Shown here: positions 36,903 through 40,587 of the stretch, piece after piece | How the letters are laid out: each line of letters opens with the position of its first letter | Position numbering within the stretch: position 1 is the first letter of the stretch | From: Octopus bimaculoides | Taxonomy: Eukaryota | Length of the DNA stretch: 40,587 nt | NCBI RefSeq assembly: GCF_001194135.2 | Contig: NC_068981.1 | Location: 60,852,829-60,893,415, forward strand | Reading direction: 5' to 3' | Position numbers and translations under genes: made by a program | Notes under the pieces: model-generated | Databases searched by the model: none | Seen by the model: the letters and a program-made list of their open reading frames with translations, nothing else | What the model was told of the DNA's origin: nothing

Positions 36903-38940
36903 ATGATTGTCAACGTAGATCAGGAAACGATATCAAAGCAAGTCGGTGAGCTGGCCGAAACGTTAGAATGCCAGGTGAAATGCTTAGCGGCCACATTCGA
37001 AGGAACTGCAAAGAAAATGAGGAAGACGAGAAAGAAGAAATATAGGAAGAAGAAGAAAAGGATGAGAAGAAAACAACAAACAAAAGTAAAATACAATCAG
37101 AAATTCAACCGAGAGCGGCGACTACTACAGAACAACGACCAAGTACGACTGCCAGAAGAGAAAAAGAGGAAAAAGGCATAATAGCCGTATACACTAATGA
37201 TCCTGAGCTAATGATAGACATTCAATTAATTAAGACTACAAAAAAATTAATAACCTTTCGGAGAAATATAACAATTATGACGTATAAGAAGTCTCAAATA
37301 AGACTCCGAATTTTACAAAACAAATACCGTAAGACAGTATCATCAATGAGTTTGGACTTTAATAAGTCTATATTTCATGGATTACCAGCCCCGGTCCCGC
37401 GAGAAAAGGAATGGGTGGAGATCCCACCCCTCAACCTGATAATTCTGTGTCAGTAATGAGATGGGATTTTAACAAATCTATTTTCCAAGACCTGCCACCT
37501 CCGACCCTGTATCAAGAAAAGGTGGAGGGTCCCTTTCCACCGGACAGCCATGATAAAGAGGTAAGTCATGTCTGTTTTCACATTGGTTGTATAAATGTTC
37601 GTGGCCTGATGTCTAGCTGGAAGTCAGGACGCTTCCTAAATGACATCATGTCAATAAAATTGGATGTGATTGTTGCAACGGAAACCAAGATATCTTTCCC
37701 CCCTCCTGAAACGCTATGAGAAATATGTTTCTTGGAGTCGGGCAGGAGGTGGGGATGGGGTGTTGGCCCTATTAAAAAGAAACCGAATAGCCGAGAAAAA
37801 GTTGTTTTTTTCTGATCCAAAAGGCAGGCTGGTTGTTCTCAACCTGACGTTCATTTGTGGCAAGATAATCAGGCTAGTTGCTATTTATTCACCCAATATA
37901 ATGGGCCCGCAAAGTGAATATTTTCATGACCTGGGCAAATTCCTGGCCACGTCGCATTCGCTAGTATTGTAAGGAGACTTAAACACAATATGTGACGCAC
38001 ACACAGATTGTGTTGGCTTGAACATGAACAGAAAATGTAACCCAGGCTTACGGGATCTGCTAAGTCACTTTCGATAGCAGATCCATATAGGTTGGAACAC
38101 CCGAACACACCACAGTGGACGTGGTCAAATAGTGACGGGTCTCCCAGAACATATCTAGATAGGAATGTAATTAGAGAAACAGATATGTCCATAGCTAAGT
38201 GTTCACTTTTTTCTCTCGTCAGCTACAGTGACCACAAGATGGTTACCTGTAAACTGACAATAGATAAGTTACACAGTCAGGAATCTGGCGACTGGAAACT
38301 CAATACGTCCGTTTAGGCGATTGAGGAATACAAAAAGCGGATCAAGATGTTAATACAGAGAGCATTGACAGGTACCATCATTAATAACAAATGGTGGTAC
38401 GCCCGAAAAAGAGCCATGAAATATGAGTCTATTAAGTTTAGCATAGGTTTAGCTAAGAAGGGACGTAGAATAGGGGATGGTTTAATTAAGGAACTAGAAG
38501 AAGCCTGGAAGAATGGTAACGTGGTCCAAGCGAGGGTGAAAAGAAGCCTAACACATGGGAAGTATTGCCAGAGCTAGGTTACGATGGGAAGTGAAGGAAT
38601 CAAGGCCGCTGGATGGGCCCGAGTGGTGGAAGCTCAGCAAGGAAATAGTTCAACTATACGGTCTTTGACGAATTATTATGGCGTCTTGGTAAACGAACCC
38701 GAGAAAATGTGTGAGGCGTTTCGGAAGTACTTCGCCCAGCTGTTCGGGAGTGATGGCGGTCCTGGTGGTGGGAGAGCCCTCAAGAGCTTTCTTGCCGGTC
38801 TGCCGTGTCTCTTGGGGTCGGATTCAGAGTCTTGCGAAGGGCCAATCACGCCTGGGGAGTTCATGGAGGCTTTAGCCGACTGTAAAACGTGTAGGTCGCC
38901 GAGACTTGTTGGTCTTCCGTACGAGCTGCAAGGAAAGTAG
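36903..38940 (+). mobile_element. Tx1/L1-clade LINE, 5' part: basic ORF1-like remnant, APE endonuclease, linker and start of the RT region
   Basis: Peptides GCINVRGL, DVIVATETK, DPKGRLVV, LVAIYSPN, GDLN, WTWSN, YLDR, SDHKMV, WKLNTS and GPIT..E..EAL...KTCRSPRLVGLPYE. Multiple stops and frameshifts. Confidence 0.9.
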
Positions 38941-40052
38941 TGGAACTAGTGAACTTGGGAAACATCTGTTTCGCCAGCTGAGACCACACCTGTTCAACAT
39001 CCAGGTAGAGCCAAAGATGCCTCAACCTCAGCGCATGTCTGCGCATCAACAACCAAGTCATCTCAAATCCACCCTTTAACGGTTGTTGGCAGCAAATAGA
39101 GCATCTCAAAGCGGTTTCGAGCACTTGCACAAAATGCGGAAGAGCTGTCTTTCCAGCTTGATCAACCACGAATCAGGGCAAGGAACGATGGTTAGGCGGT
39201 AGGTGATGACCGATGCGATGAACACATTGGCTACCTCTGCCTTCCCTTTCAGGGATAGACACTGCCAAGACCATGTCTTGACTATGTGGGTCAACCTGCC
39301 CGATACCTCGGCTCAGTTCTTCTCTATCTGGAGGTCTGGTCCAAACCAAACTCCTAGCAACTTAATCGGAACCTCCATCCATCGTCCCACGACGCTGTCA
39401 GGAGGCATCGACTTGCCTCTCCAGGTGCCGAGCTGCAGACCGGCTGACTTTTCACGATTAATGTTTTCTCCTGCCACAGTCTCGTAAATCTTAATGGCTT
39501 GCCTACTTTCTGTAGGTGGTCCATTTCGGTTACGATGATGGTGATGTCATCCGCGTAATCTGAAGCCGATATTTCACAACCTGTTTGTCTCGGAATGCCG
39601 CTCAATTTTCGCAGTAATGGCTCAAGAGCCATTACATACAAAATCGGGGATAGCGGACACCCTTGACGAACCGACCGTTTTATGTTGAACGACTTCGATA
39701 AGAAGCCGTTCACCCGAACTACCGAGTNNNNNNNNNNAATGGCTCAAGAGCCATTACATACAAAATCGGGGAGAGCGGACACCCTTGACGAACCGACCGT
39801 TTTATGTTGAACGACTTCGATAAGAAGCCGTTCACCCGAACTACCGAGTCGATGTTGTCGTAAATCTCGATGATCCAGTTGAGGAAACCAAGACCCAGGC
39901 TGAACTGCGCCAGAACGGACACCAGGTAGCGATGTTCAACCTTATCGAACGCTTTAGATTGGTTTAAATGGGCCAATGCCACACCGTTACCAGCATCATT
40001 ATTAAACCCTTCTATAGTGTACCGGGATCTTTTCCTTTCGGCCGGCACATGG
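38941..40052 (-). mobile_element. Tx1/L1-clade RT core and thumb, inverted relative to the adjacent 5' part
   Basis: Minus strand gives LNQSKAFDKVEH, VRQGCPLSPILY, YADDITI and LSLKGKAEVAN...YRL. Confidence 0.92.
39728..39737. other. 10-N gap flanked by a 112-bp near-exact duplication (likely scaffolding artifact)
   Basis: 39616-39727 equals 39738-39849 apart from one T/G difference. Confidence 0.85.
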
Positions 40053-40587
40053 AAAAAATATTTTTTTTGGTACTAAACAATTTCAAATTTCTTATTCTCG
40101 TAGAATGTGTCATTTAAAACATTATTTACTCTTGGCGTTTTTAAGAAAATTGTTTATTTTCGATATTATTTTGTGTTAAATTTGTCGTATTTTGGTAATT
40201 TTAACCAATCAATGACGTCTATTGAGGTGAAAACAATTACTGCTGTGGTTTGTCAACAAGACATTCCGGCGGTGCATATGTAGTTTGTCACTTTTATTTC
40301 TGATATATTTACATCTGAGACACACGTGTGTACAGTTTAATCAATTAGTTTATTAGTTATTTAAAAAACAAATACAGTTTATTTTGTGAAAATATTTTCG
40401 CTTTGTTTTAGCGTTTTCGAAATTGCCTATTTTGGGATTTTTCACTTGAATAAAATTACTGCCGCTGTTTGTCAATAACAACTATCGGCGGTGTATAGTT
40501 CATTTGTTACTGTTATTTATGACATCGTTCGTGCGTTTGTACTGGTTTTAGCTTTAGAGTTTTAGGATTAGGGTTAGGGTTTTAGGG
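40053..40587. repeat. Unclassified repeat with about 65-bp internal direct repeats and a TTAGGG-like tract
   Basis: 40235-40298 resembles 40454-40517. The window ends TTAGGATTAGGGTTAGGGTTTTAGGG. Confidence 0.55.

Noticed and set aside
39616-39849. 112-bp tandem duplication inside the RT
   Set aside because: The copies sit exactly on either side of a 10-N gap and differ at one base, typical of unmerged contig overlap or two haplotypes.
40548-40587. True telomere
   Set aside because: Only two or three perfect TTAGGG units embedded in degenerate ones; cannot be called from this window.
1-40587. CRISPR array, prokaryotic operon or intact tRNA/rRNA gene
   Set aside because: No repeat-spacer array or dense gene packing. 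The tRNA-like boxes belong to SINE heads.

Overview
AT-rich, microsatellite-rich eukaryotic DNA with seven assembly gaps and no intact host gene that I can support. The SINE families and repeat style suggest an octopus or other cephalopod genome (inference). The window is mostly decayed transposons: a mariner DDE fragment, three Penelope-like (PLE) fragments, two restriction-like-endonuclease (RLE) LINE remnants (one HERO-like), two CR1-group LINE remnants, a Tx1/L1-clade LINE with an inverted RT segment, and several tRNA-derived SINEs. No prokaryotic features (CRISPR, operons) are present. The best second-look items are RNA and DNA structures: a near-canonical type I hammerhead ribozyme on the minus strand at about 10.1 kb, a degenerate second core beside it, an adjacent inverted-repeat element, a possible HDV-like fold at the 5' end of an RT-deleted LINE, and a peptide repeat with mostly synonymous differences in the Tx1 element. 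I found no evidence for a wholly new biological system. All protein family calls come from reading motifs by eye, not from database searches.
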